DNA of 62,631 nucleotides, counting the filler, from Kipferlia bialata (taxonomy: Eukaryota), in assembly GCA_003568945.1 (NCBI GenBank). It is 5 parts of 5 records of this genome, joined end to end, with 100 filler letters (N's around TTAATTAATTAA, not from the genome) between each part and the next. Parts side by side here need not be neighbours in the genome. Positions count along the whole stretch, not along the records: positions 27,644 to 44,916 come from BDIP01000534.1; 4 more parts are not named here. One strand, given 5' to 3'. This document shows, piece by piece, positions 27,768 through 40,600 of the stretch. The translations under genes were made by a program, and so were the position numbers. Positions within the stretch are counted from its first letter, which is position 1. Every line of letters starts with the position of its first letter. The notes beneath the pieces are model-generated. The model was not told where the DNA came from. It did no database searches and was given only the letters and a program-made list of their open reading frames with translations.

Positions 27768-27906
27768 ACATATACCAGTATTCCATAGAATAAGTGTGTT
27801 CCCTCACTCCAGTCTCAAGGCCACAGACCCCATCCCCCCCCCCCCCTCTCCCTCTGTCTATGTCTATATGTGCTTGTATTCACACTCTATATCCACTCAC
27901 CCCCAG

Positions 27907-27958
27907 CGTCAAGGTCACCGACCCCGTCCCCCTCAACCAGGGTGGCTGCCCTTGCTAA
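27907..27958 (+). CDS. Terminal exon ending in a CxC prenylation-type motif (Rab GTPase-like C-terminus)
   Basis: ctcaccccc-ag acceptor followed by VKVTDPVPLNQGGCPC*, with an upstream acceptor echo at ~27810. The rest of the gene is off the scaffold. Confidence 0.45.
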
Positions 27959-28395
27959 GGCAGTGGAGAGTGGAGTGTACTATAGTTCACTATAGTACCG
28001 TATAGGAGGAGTGCCTAGGGAGCTTTGGACTCTCTGTCAAGCGTGTGTGGAGAGATGTGTCTACACACCCATGTTTTGGTATCGTGAGAATTGGAGAATG
28101 AGGTTTTAGGTTATTGTTCAGTGTATAGCAGTATGTCCTACAATAGACTGTGGGAGTTTGTGTATGTGTGATTGTATAGGAGCCAGATACTTGGGAAATG
28201 TTACTACTAGGAAGTAAAGATGTTCTTCCAGACCTCTCAAACATACTGCAGTGATGGTGGGTGAAGAAATCAGCAGCCATCGTGTAGAATCCTATATTCT
28301 TCCATACATGTCATAGACACCAATACCACACGTTCAATCTATATTGAGACTCATGAGCCTAAGTGTGTGTCAAGCAGTCCGGCATGCAATGCCAA

Positions 28396-30934
28396 CTAGC
28401 CCTCAGTGAGGGTGGTGGCGAGTCCATCTGCTCCAAACAATGGGGCATTGTTTAGCAATGCCCAACTTCTCAAGAGCCTCAATACGCTCCCTTGAGAGGT
28501 GGCGGCTCCTGTAGTCTGCCGATGTACCCACCGACCCAGTGCCCCTTGAGTCTGGGGTGGCCATGTGTGGTACCTCTCTAGGTACTGTGCCGCCAATCCT
28601 AGCATGGTATCCCAGCCCGGCGAAGGTAACCTAGGATTCCAGTCAAAGCCAAGCTGGTCAAGAGCGGCAATACGCTCCTGTGAGAGGTTGTGTCTCCTGT
28701 GGCTGACTCTCTGACGATCTACCCACCTACCCAGTGAAGGTTGACTAATGGGTGGCCATGAGTGGTGGCTCTGTATGAACTGTGTAAGCTCTTTTAGCAT
28801 AGTATCCCACCCCGGTGAAAGTAACTTGGGATTCCAGTCAATGCCCAGCCGGTCAAGAGTAGCAACCCGATCATCAGAGAGAGTACCATTCCTTCTGTGT
28901 GTTCTCTGTTTCATGACCCACGTTCCCAAGGAGCCCTGCCTCTGTGGAGGCCATGCACTGTGGGTATCTAGGTACTCTTGAAGTTCTGCAAGTCTCGCAT
29001 GCCAGCCAACCAGCTTCCTGAGATTCCAGTCAATACCCAGCTCCTCTAGGGCTGTCACCCGATGCTGGTGTAGAGTCCCCTTTCCGTGATGCCTACGCTG
29101 ATCTGCAAGCCATTTACCAAGTGACCCACTCCGCTGTGCTGGCCAGTCCTTGTGAGTGGCAAGGTACTCCCTCAGCTCTGTCAGTCTGAAACCCCACCTT
29201 CCACCCACCATTGATGCTGCTGTGGCCTTGGTGACAGCTGCATATGTGTGTACCTGACTACTAGATGGGTCATGTTCTCTCTCTCTTGACTGACCCTCAG
29301 ACACAGGGTCATTGGGTGTGATAGGAGGGGAGGCAGTCTTGCGTGTAGAGGTGGCAGCCTCGCTCTCACTAGTCAGAGACTCATGTGAGATAGAGTGTCT
29401 GTCCTGGTGATAGTCCTTGAGGACGCTGGGTGCAGCATCTATACTGTCATCAGCCTCTTCTCTCTCACTCTCACTCTCAGACTCAGACCCAGCCTCAGAC
29501 TCCTCCCATGCACTCTCTTCACTCTCTCCATCCATCAGCACATCACTATCTGAGGCAGAACCAGGGGTGCACTCCTCACTCTGGCTGGAGGACTCATCCT
29601 CATGGCTCACATCGTGTAGAGACTCGTGCACTGTGCCCTCACCCTCAGACTCTGCACCCTCCTCACTTGACTCAAGGGTTGTATCAGCTGGTGTCTTGGA
29701 ATTGGTGCCCACATCTACACTATGCTCTTGCGGTGCTGGTCTCTTCCTCTGAGGGGGCCTGGTATTTTAGATGCAAAGGGCATATCGTTGTCTCATACTG
29801 GGATAGTACCGAAGAGACACACACACATACCTTGGGGAACTCTGAGTCGCAGAGGCATTGAGACAGAACACCTCGGCCTGAGGTTATGCATTATCTTTTG
29901 TGTAGGGACAACTATACGTACCTGGAGCTAAACAGCAATGTAGGGGTGTTCATAATGAGCCTGGATACCTACGTGGTTAAACACATGACCATATACTCCA
30001 TACCTGCAGTTGCTGGATCTGTGTCGGCATCTGGTGTTCCCTCTCTACTCTGGCAGTGTTGGACTGACGGTGCTGAAGTGTCAGAAGAGAGTGATATGTC
30101 CCTCTATGTAGAGAGCAGTGCAGTTACATAAGATATACTAACCTACCTGCAGGACCTCCTTGGCCAGCCTGCGGCACATATCATTAGACACACTGAGTGA
30201 GTCAGAGAGCCTCACACCCTCACCACGACAGTCAGAGAGCAGCTGGGAGAGAGACTCATTGCGTGACTGATAGACCTCTCTCACTCTCTGTGTCTCTCTC
30301 TCTTGCCCAACAAGGGACTGGGAGAGGGAGGCAATGCGAGCCTCATACGCCTCTCTCTGTCTCTCAACCTCAGCCTTGTGCTCTCTCTCTTGGTCAGTGA
30401 GAGACTGGGAGAGAGAGCCAGTGCGTGAGTCATAGAGCTGTCTCTGACACTGCAGTGCTCTACTGCACTCCTGATGTCTCTGACGCAGAGCAGCATTCTG
30501 GGTATCAGTCCTTGGTACTTCTGAGACATAGTGTGAGCGAGAAGAGTATTATTCTATATGTCTACACGCTACTTGTACACTCACCTCTGCCACCAGACTC
30601 CTGTGGTATGACTCCAATACCCTCCACTCAGACTGAGGGGGTGGTTGAGTGTGATTTCCATCTCCACTATCGACTGCTGACTGTGTACGTATGTCTGTGT
30701 GTGAGAACATTGCTACACTGAGAGTGACCGGATGGTGGTATGACTAGTAGAGAGGGAGAGATACCATGTCACCCTTACCTTACCATTATAGTACACATCA
30801 CCCATACCTCCATGCCCAACATCCACCCTCTCTGCATCCCTGTCAATGCCTGGTTCCATCTTGACTGTGTGTATGGACATGGCCAGGTGTCTGAGTGGGG
30901 GCTCCTGCTTGACATGCTCTACCCCAGAGTCCAT
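28396..30934 (-). CDS. Coiled-coil, acidic linker and four helicase-associated (HA) repeats; fourth repeat frameshifted
   Basis: The large exon 29758-28396 has repeats of W..RL.EL..Y..TH..WP.Q...SLG.W...QR......L...R..AL..LG.DWN. Upstream coiled-coil exons lie at ~29830-30720. The phasing of the first exon is unresolved. Confidence 0.8.
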
Positions 30935-31227
30935 AACACAGCACCTATCCCAGCCCACAGCAAACTATCCCTTGTAGTGTATATGTTAACCAGTACGAGT
31001 CCTTATCGTATGGCAAATACCACTGCTAGTGCCTATGGTGTTCTGAAAGAGAGGGTAATGTTGGCATCAGGGTGACACAGTCACTGTTGACAAGTTGTGC
31101 TTGACAAGTGGTCCTGAAATATTACCAAATTTTGGGTCACTTGTCACAACGTGATCTACTAGTATTCCTTCGTCATATCTATTGATTCTCCGCCTCAGGG
31201 CGGTAACATACTTGTGTTGCCAAGGGT

Positions 31228-33262
31228 CTATACATTTACCCGTGTCTCCTCAATGAATGTGTACGCGAGGTCGTACTTGTCTTCTGCCCCTGTTCTGTAC
31301 TCGTGATACTCGGCAGGAGACCACTCCTGAAGTCACACACAGACAACGAACATCCCATAATAACGGTAAATGGGTCACTATAAAACTAATATCAAGGATT
31401 GAATTCTCATTCCAACTGGCTGGCTACACCTCACACAAATAGAGCAGACTGAGCTGAATACTATTACTACAAGCACTCGGACGAGATGTTGTTGTTACTG
31501 ACCTGACCCTGAACATAGATCTCGTCCCAGACCACCATGACTGTGCCATCTGTCCCAGACACAGCCTGGGTTATGTAGCCAAGGCCAATCTCACCATCCT
31601 GGTCGTCGTACATCCAGTCTGAAGTAAGAATTACTAATCAAGTCATAGTGATATGTGATCGAACCGAGGGTGTCCTATGAAGCTTTTATGTATACCTGGG
31701 CCTCTCCTAACCCGAGCCCCCACAGGCATGGCTACCCCATGACCTGAGATTAGACGCAACCGAGATGTACCCTCTGAGGGACGTAGCAACGTACACTGTG
31801 TTGTTTGCCGCGTAATCATATTGACGTTGTTCTTATTGGGCATAAGACCTATACTATTTGTTATACCTGACATGGCATTGTTCCAGACCACCGCCTGTCC
31901 CTCCCTGGGACTGATAGGTAAGAGACAGGAACACTGAGAGGTATAGAGTGCGACAAAGTCTGAAGTTGTGACATATACAATACATATATATACTCCATAA
32001 ACTATTGATGGCCGAAGGTCTAACTACATGACTCTTTTACGAGTATGTAGCATATACTGTTACACCAGCTATTTGAAAAACACATGGTACGTACTGATGT
32101 TGTGAGATGATTGCGTCTCTCTCACTGGCCTCAGTAGTAAGACCCTCTGCAAGGGCACTTGCGGCAAGTACTGCTTGGGAAGATATCGCCGTAGAAATCT
32201 CCAGGGAGGATCTTGCAGCCTGCTGGTGAGTATCTGACACTGTCTTGAAGGTAGGATCTTTCAATTGAATACAAGTAGTAGTGGGAGGTGAGTCAAGGAT
32301 ATTGTATGATATTGATCACACCTCAGCAGCAACTGCGTTTTCTCTAGTCACCGACTCTGCTGTAATTGCTGACTCAAGGGCTGACACTGATGCTGCAATG
32401 AGACTGGAAACCGCATAGATGTTTCATGCAATACCGGAAGTAACTATATCTACGACAATCGTTCTGACAATGTTTGTACACTGCAGAATTGAATCCACCA
32501 TGCCTGCCAATGCGTCTCTGAGAGTTGCCACCTCAGCATCAAAAGATGCCTGAAGCGTAGTGGTTGTGGCCTGAAGGTGAATACCGACCCAGGTGGAATA
32601 TATATACATATATATCTATGGTAGTCTTCATCAGTTCACAACCAAACGTTACACATTTTAACCCTTGTCGATAGTAACGACTCGTCACTACAACACCTTG
32701 TTGTCGATGTATAGGAAAGCAAGAGTGGCTCCGAATAGCAGCATGACCACGACCAATCCTGTGTGTGAATGGCTGTAGCTCTGTACTATTTAGCAAGACA
32801 TAGAACGGGAGAAGAATACTTCTGTGGTCTTGGTATATGGAAGAGATTCTCTTGAAGAAAATGATACCAGACTCAATGGTATCATGATATCCTACCCCAC
32901 ACCACACATGGGCTGACTCGGGACTTGCCATGGTTCTCAGCCACAAAGGCCTTCAGCTTCTCAATCTAGAAGTTAGGGGAGATTGTCCCATAAGGTATTA
33001 TACTCCTTGGTTGACAGTGCCTATGTATACCTCGTCATTCTTGGTTGCCGGCATCAGAATGATGGTGTTGGTACCAGGGGGAGAGGCAAGGCCATCTGGG
33101 GTGAATCACTGAAGCAACTATGGCATGTGAACTATAATCTTTACTGTAGACTACTTCACTCAGGGCCAGAGATAGTACTCAGCAGGTCTGGCACTGGACA
33201 GTACCTGGTGTTACTACCGGTTGCACGTACACATCAGGTCTGTCAGAGTCCTTAGCTCCCAT
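31228..33262 (-). CDS. Single-TM coiled-coil protein with a C-terminal MIB/HERC2 domain
   Basis: Spliced product is MGAKDSD..CVVW|GLVVVMLLFGATLAFLYI (TM), an Ala-rich coil, then VGARVRRGP|DWMYDDQDGEIGLG..VMVVWDE..|..YRTGAEDKYDL. One internal junction (~32405-32500) is unresolved. Confidence 0.75.
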
Positions 33263-33447
33263 GGTGTATGATTGAAGGAGACATTAATGTCTTGAAACTT
33301 CCAACTTGGAAGTACATATTGTGATGAAGCTTTCAGTTCAAGCATGGAAGTATTCTGTCGTTTTCTTTGTGGCGCCATCAGTCTATATAGGATTTCACTT
33401 GGGAACGGTGCTATTAATTGATACCCAACTGTGTTCCCCTACTGCAG

Positions 33448-34476
33448 GTATCTGTCATGAGAGATGAGTGTGCGTCTCTTTACCTCAGGTTGCAAGACAT
33501 GGACTCAGACACCAGGCAGGCGCTTTACAGGATCCCTGTGGATACCTCCCCATACACAACCTTGTCCCTGAACCCTTACATCTCCACTTGGGTCGACATT
33601 GGACACAACGAGAAGCTCTGCCTAGCACAGTACCAAACTGGTAACCAGATTGTGTCGGTATCGGACTCTGGTGATCGAGTATCACTCACAAGTGAGAGCA
33701 TTGATTCTCCCGTAAGGGTACTCTCTAGGATGCGATGGCCCATGTTCTTTGTTGGGGGACTGGTGTATGCAATGAGTCCACGTGGTATACACACTTTTGA
33801 CATTGCTACTCGTGACTGGCACATGCAGTCTATGCCTGAAGCGCCGTTTGAATCACAGGTGTTTTGCTTTGAGATTGATGGTTCCTGCATTTCGATTGCA
33901 CGGCCAAACATGGACGGGAGCCATCCGAACTACGCTACCTACAGCCTAAATCCTCTGACTGTAGATATGGGATGGCAAGAAGTCTCTCAAGTTCATACCC
34001 CAAGGAACATATCTAGTGCCGCAGCTGTAACCATAGGTGGAGTCGTGTACATTGTTGGGAAAAGGCACCAGTTGTGGAGTTTTGATCTCAATAATGGCTG
34101 GAAGTGCTACGATGCTACATACACCACGGATATCTGGCCAGACACATCATTCTTGTCAAAGTGTGTTGCAGTTGGCCAGTATGTAGTTGTGTTTGCAGAC
34201 GTCCGCTATCGTACCGCCACAAGTAGCTACAATAAGAAGAGACTGGTGGCATTTGACACTATATCTGGGTGGGTGTACGATTGGGGAGAGGTTCCCATCG
34301 GTACCTCTTCTGAGCTGGTGTCACCGTGTATGGGTCTACTGTGTCACAATCGCATTCATGGACAAGACCCCACTCACAAAGCTATTGGCCTGCAGATGAT
34401 TGACACTCGACTTGTGTACCCAGATAGTGACTTGTGGTGGGGGGAGTGCAGAAGTGTCATAGCACGTATGGAGTAA
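33448..34476 (+). CDS. Kelch-like/beta-propeller family protein (main exon)
   Basis: Long open frame with VGGLVY..FDIATRDW, IGGVVYIVG..FDLNNGW, DTISG and a C-terminal LVYPDSDLWWG. Confidence 0.7.
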   Translation, partial: VSVMRDECASLYLRLQDMDSDTRQALYRIPVDTSPYTTLSLNPYISTWVDIGHNEKLCLAQYQTGNQIVSVSDSGDRVSLTSESIDSPVRVLSRMRWPMFFVGGLVYAMSPRGIHTFDIATRDWHMQSMPEAPFESQVFCFEIDGSCISIARPNMDGSHPNYATYSLNPLTVDMGWQEVSQVHTPRNISSAAAVTIGGVVYIVGKRHQLWSFDLNNGWKCYDATYTTDIWPDTSFLSKCVAVGQYVVVFADVRYRTATSSYNKKRLVAFDTISGWVYDWGEVPIGTSSELVSPCMGLLCHNRIHGQDPTHKAIGLQMIDTRLVYPDSDLWWGECRSVIARME

Positions 34477-34663
34477 AGAGTGATGCACTAATTGGTGTAG
34501 AACAGATAGAGAGAAGGATTGGTTACAATATCTATTCAACTCGATATATCTGGCATCTCTCCAAACACTGACAGTGTATGACGGATACCATTGTACGGGA
34601 TTTGATGGTTATACCAATGGTACTGGTACTCTAACTGATTCACTCTCTCTCTCCTTCTCTGCC

Positions 34664-37600
34664 TTAGACAGCGGGCACCCCCTCCTCCTCCTCCTCCACA
34701 ACCACAACGTATCCCCTGTCACCATCGACTGTCAGGGTGTCTCCGTCCTAGGGGTGTCAGTGGTACACAAGCAAGAAATACGAAATTAGGTAGTTGGACT
34801 TAATAAGAATGTTGCGATAACTATGACAAACGAACACTGTATCAAAGGGTACCTGGATCTTTCTGGTGCAGTTGGCCACACTGACGACACCGGGGAGACC
34901 AAGCTCTCTGAGGGTGAAACAGGTTTCCAATGTATACATATGACACCACTAAGCTGATACTACTCCATAATAGGTATACGAGTCATAGTATAGCATACCT
35001 GGCCACCACTGATCCGTGTGTGAGGAACCCACCAACCTCTAGCACAACGCCAGAGGCCAGAGAGAACACACTGGTCCAGCCTGAAGATGAGAGGAAATAG
35101 CTTTACATTTCAGAACAAGAAACCATAGGGAACTTGTGTCAGATGTGCATAATATACTAATCAGTGACATAGTAGATCTAATACCAATACACTAAATGAA
35201 TTACCGTACCTGGGTCAGAGTATGGGGCCACGAGGATGTCGCCCTTCTCCAGCCTGGGATGAGAAGGAATGAGGATATATACACATAGGGAGAAATATGT
35301 ATAGTAATAACAACCGCCATTATAATACAATCATGTATATTCATATGCCTGTACCTGTGAGCATCTGAGATGTCCATAATGACCCTGGCTGTACCAGTCA
35401 CAGTGCCAGCAGAGACAGGGATGCCTACAAGGGCACCCTGGGGTCAGATAGCAATATATGAAAAGAAGGAGAGAGTCTAAGAGTATACTATACTATTCAA
35501 TATGGGAGAGTAAATAAATATATATATACATACTAATTACCTCTGGTGCGTCCTTGTGGCCTGATATGGCTGCGTCGTGGATGCACCCATCTAGGGTGGT
35601 GATGACCTTGCGGACAGGACCGGGATTGGCCTTGATGTGCAGGTACCTGGAGACGTGAGGGAATATACAGAACATATGAACTAATATATACAGTGGAGTA
35701 AACAGTGCTGTTGGACTATGTGTGAGATACCTCTTGAGCCTGTCACGGATTGTCTCGATTGTGATGACACCCTCGAGCTGTGCCTCCTCCCCAGCTGCCA
35801 CTCTATCCACTGCCTGTGCTATGGGTATCAGGTCTCTCCATGAGCACATGGCAGCTAGGGCCTGGGGGGTCTCAGGGCACTCGGGGTAGATGCTGTTCGG
35901 ACCAGTAATAGCAGCACGCATCACGGCCTGGGGTAAGATAGTCATCACCTCTATAATAATAATATGGACTATCTTAGTTTACAGCAGCGTGCATCACGGC
36001 CTGGGGTCAGCAGGACTCCTCAAATAGAGAAAAGTTACAAGAAGAGAATATGTAAATTGGGTGGGATTAGCTAACGTACCACGCCCTCTCTGCCCAGGGG
36101 AGTGAGGCCTCTGAGCATGAGGTCCTTGGGGGCCTCGCGAAGGCCTAGTGGGTGAGAAAATACACACACATATATTATAACCGGTTTCTATAATTACCGA
36201 GTCACTAAATTGCTAATAGACGCCTACCTGCGCATGTTCTGTAGAGTGCACACTTCCTGTTGAACTTCTGACGGCTGGAACCGGACAGAGAGTCGCTGAT
36301 CCTGATGGTGAAAAGACCGAAAATAATATATAAGAGCTAAGACGCCTCATAATATCACACGTGACACCTTTCTCTTACCTGTGCATGACCTCCCTGTAAC
36401 ATATAGATAACATATAATGAGTAGATATGACACACTGAGTATACACCCCATTACCTGTGCATGACCTCTATGTAACATATATATACATATATCATATAAT
36501 TATATTATATTTTCTTTTCTTCTCTCTTCTCTCTTCTCTCTTCTCTCTTCTCTCTTCTCTCTTCTCTCTTACCTGTGCATGACCTCCATGCACTCCTGCT
36601 CGTGCTTCTCACACTCACGGTCGACCTGTTTCGTAAGCATCTAGCACAGCTAGACTAGACCACAATACTCACATTGACCCTGCATTACCATTCGACCCTG
36701 CTCCACCACCGCCATGAAGTGTAGGAAGAATATAATATACAATATACACATATATACATATACACATATATAATACAAGAATGAAGATAGAGGATTGTGC
36801 ATATGCTCACCTGCTCCACCACCTCCATGTCTTCCTCCGACAGAGATGTCCAGTCCACCTCTCCCTCTCCCCTCTCGGCACGCTCTGCCTGGACCCTCTT
36901 GAGAGTGCCCACAACGGCAGTGAGGGCACTGGGGGTGAGACTCACAGAAATGATAATGAGATATTACTATCTCCCAGTATAAAAGGTCGACTACACTCTT
37001 GCACTGAGATAGTGTACAAGAGATATATGAGCCTACAGTCCCTACCTGGTTGGGTCGTCCTGCAGCTTGAGCCTGCCAATGTCAATCTCTGAGGGACCAC
37101 GGTGCATCCACTTGGCAAGCACACTGGAAGGTGAGGGATATATCAACAATGATATATACATATTGGAAGTATCCACCTTGTGAGAGCTGCGTGGAATGCC
37201 GGATATGGCCCCTCCAGTCCGGCGACAAACTCCACCACCCTCTGCCCCTGTGTGTACATGTCTGTGTCTGCCCCCTCTAGCCATGGGGTGGATAGGAGGT
37301 ATGGCACAAGGGGGGTGGGGGCAGAGCCTAGGGTGGTCACGTGGCAACGGACGGCCTGGGGTGAGTATATCAATATATAGGTCAAGTATTTAATCTCAAT
37401 TGTAGTGATAGGTATATATTACCTCCCCAGCGAGCCTTGCAATGTCCATGTTCATCTGGGAGGTGGGGTTGTTGGGGACACCCCTGGGGTGAGGACACTA
37501 CTTACATGTATTATATGTGTACATATAGGAGTGAACAGTGAGTGTATAAATATAGTACACCCACCCACCTCTCCATGATAGCAGGGTCCTCCTTGTGCTC

Positions 37601-40600
37601 CTTGAATATAAAGATATATATAGATATATCTATAGTAAATACTAAAAAATATATATGTATATCTGCATATATCATATCTATATATATTGTTTTACACTAC
37701 TGGTACTTAGAGAGAGAGAGAGAGAGAGAGGTCTTACCTCTCCATGATAGCAGGGTCCTCCTTGTGCTTCTTGAATATCTTAGCAAGGCCGGGCTTGGGG
37801 TTATCATAGCGAGTATTGTAACTAAGTGGTTCACTTACAAAATAGATGCATTCAAAATAGATGCATTTAATTAGCTGCTAACATTTACATACCTGTACCA
37901 TGATGCCCACTGCACATGGGCCCACAAGACCCATGAAGTCATCCATGGTGTACCTGGAATCAATACAAATATATAGTATATGTTCATGTATAAGTATGAA
38001 AGAGTAATGATGAGAATTCATGAAGTCATCCTTGGTGTACCTGGAATGACGTGAAGTATACAATACATGGACACGTATATGTATATACTAAAACTAATAT
38101 GAGTATGCACACATGTACCTGACTATGTCCACTGCGTCTAGCAGTGCCCTCTCCACAGGTCCCTCCACACGTACAGTCTCACCCTGTCATTAGACATTGA
38201 CTATCATAGTGCTAAGCGACAACATACTATGAACTAGTATACCTTTGCCTCTCTCTCCTGACGATCAGTCTCCCTCTTGGCCTCGCGCTCCAGCCTGGGA
38301 ATGAGACATCGACAGTGATCCCGTTGTCCTAACAATATTCAAGAGAGTTGAGACATTGATACACTTAGAATCTATCCGTACCTAGTCCTCTCCTGCTCTG
38401 CGTTGAAGGAGTCGACAAGACCCTCGGCAATGGGGGCAGCGGCTAGGGTGAGAGACTATACAACAACACACTAGTGATACTGGAAGGGAAATGTAACAAT
38501 GTAATGATTAAGATGGAAATAGCACACCTGCCATTGCGTCATCCAGACTGTCAAAGAGGAGTGACTTGTCATTGACAAGGGCCATGATGTCCTGAAGGTA
38601 AGTGAAGAATGAGAGGAGAAAGGTTAGACCAGTAAATACAACGTGGGATATTGGGGAATGCAAAGTGATACGTTTGCATATGTGCAATGTACCTTGAACA
38701 TTGTCCACATGACGCGCATTGGGTTGGTGAGGTAGCCCGAGTACTCGAGGTGTACCTGGGGTGAGAGAGTAAATATATGTAAATACGAATATCATTGAAC
38801 AATTACCAGAGTGCTTCAAATTAGACAGCTAAGAGAGTGGATATGACCATATATATGTGGGATATGCATACCCCACCTGTGTCATGTCCTTGCCCCTTGG
38901 CCTGTGTGCACTCCACATCCTGGTCTTGAGAGCAGCCTTCATGGCAGCAACCATCTGGAGTTACATATATTACTATAGATATATAAAGATAGATACTACA
39001 TATATACATATATAGTACACACATAGTCATTATGGTAAATTACTAAAGTTGAGGGCAGCCTTTATGGCAGCAACCATCTAGGGAGGGAGGGTATTGATAC
39101 AAACATATACACATAGTGCAGACATATGTATACTACAAATACATGGGGTCACTATGAAACCAATAACAAATTGAGGCCAGCATTCATGGCAGCCACCATA
39201 TGGGGTGAATAGGATACATATAAATACACAATATACACTCAAACACGATAGAGAGTATTGACGAGTAACTGCTACTGAGCCAATGATAAGTATATATGTT
39301 AGACCAGTTACAAGTATCAACCTGAGACCATTGACCATACATACACTAAACACTGTCCCACCTGATAGTCTCCGATGACCTGCATCTTGATCATCGCTAC
39401 ATATGTAAATACTATAGTACGTACTAACTACAAAATGAACAGTGTCCCACCTGGTAGTCCCCGATGAACTGCATCTTCCCAATGACCTGTATTCTGTAGA
39501 ACCAGGACTTGCACAGGAAGCCAGTCATGTCCAGCCACATCTGGAAGTCGGGGGTCTGGGGGTTAGAAAGAGTCACAAACTATACCGGATAGGACAGGAG
39601 TGTAAGAGAATTGATATGTCATGTCCAGCCACATCTGGAAGTCGGGGGTCTGGGGTAAGGAAGTAACCACTAATATATACAAAAGGAAATACTATACTGG
39701 AATACAAGAAAACCGATAGGTAATGTCAAGCCGCTCCTAGAAGTCGGGAGTCTGAGGTTCAGTAGGATACACTAATTTTAGGATAGCATAATGATATTCA
39801 TCATATCTAAGGTATATATGGACAGCACCTGCATGCATATTGGGTACTGGGCTGCCCCGTTGCCAGAGTCCAAACACATCATGGCACTGAAGGCACTCCA
39901 GCCACCTACAGTTAGTGATACAAAGAATATGACTGTATGCCATATATGTATAGTCCCAAGACATAGAAGATGTCCATAAAGTATCATAGGCACTGAAGGC
40001 ACTCCAGCCACCTAGGGTCAGGGGTACGTGGTATTTAACAATATCCAATATACTCCATCCTGCCATATCACATATGTATATATAATATATGTGAATATAA
40101 TATGTGTATATATAATACATAATCATATCATAAGTGTATAGTAGTATCTATAGTACCTAGCACAGTGAATGGATCAACCATGTTCTGCACTGCCCCAAAG
40201 TTGACTAACAGGTGCTGGGCAGGCCGGGGGGGCTCGCCCTCATAGGTCTCTCCCTCGGGGGCAACCTGAATGTCAACCGGATGATACCCATAGAGATACA
40301 CATACTTGAGTATTATAATGAAATGAAAGGAAACACAATACCATATATGAGAGTAACGCACCCTGTTGCTTGGGACAGGATTGTACGTGACCTCTGGTAC
40401 TGGGAAGAGTGATGTGATGGGTCTGCTCTGCAGGATGTACAGAGTGCGGGTGTCACCGGCCAGACAGAACTCAATGTCCTGGGGGTGAGGGAGGAATACA
40501 CATATACTATCATTAGATACTATATGTCAATATATCTATTACACATGTGTGTGTCAGTACGTGATACCTGGGGCATCCCCATTAGATAGAATGTGTCAAT

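Noticed and set aside
31101..31146. Imperfect inverted repeat TGACAAGTG..CACTTGTCA
   Set aside because: Only a 9-bp perfect stem, with no TSD or second copy seen; too weak to call.
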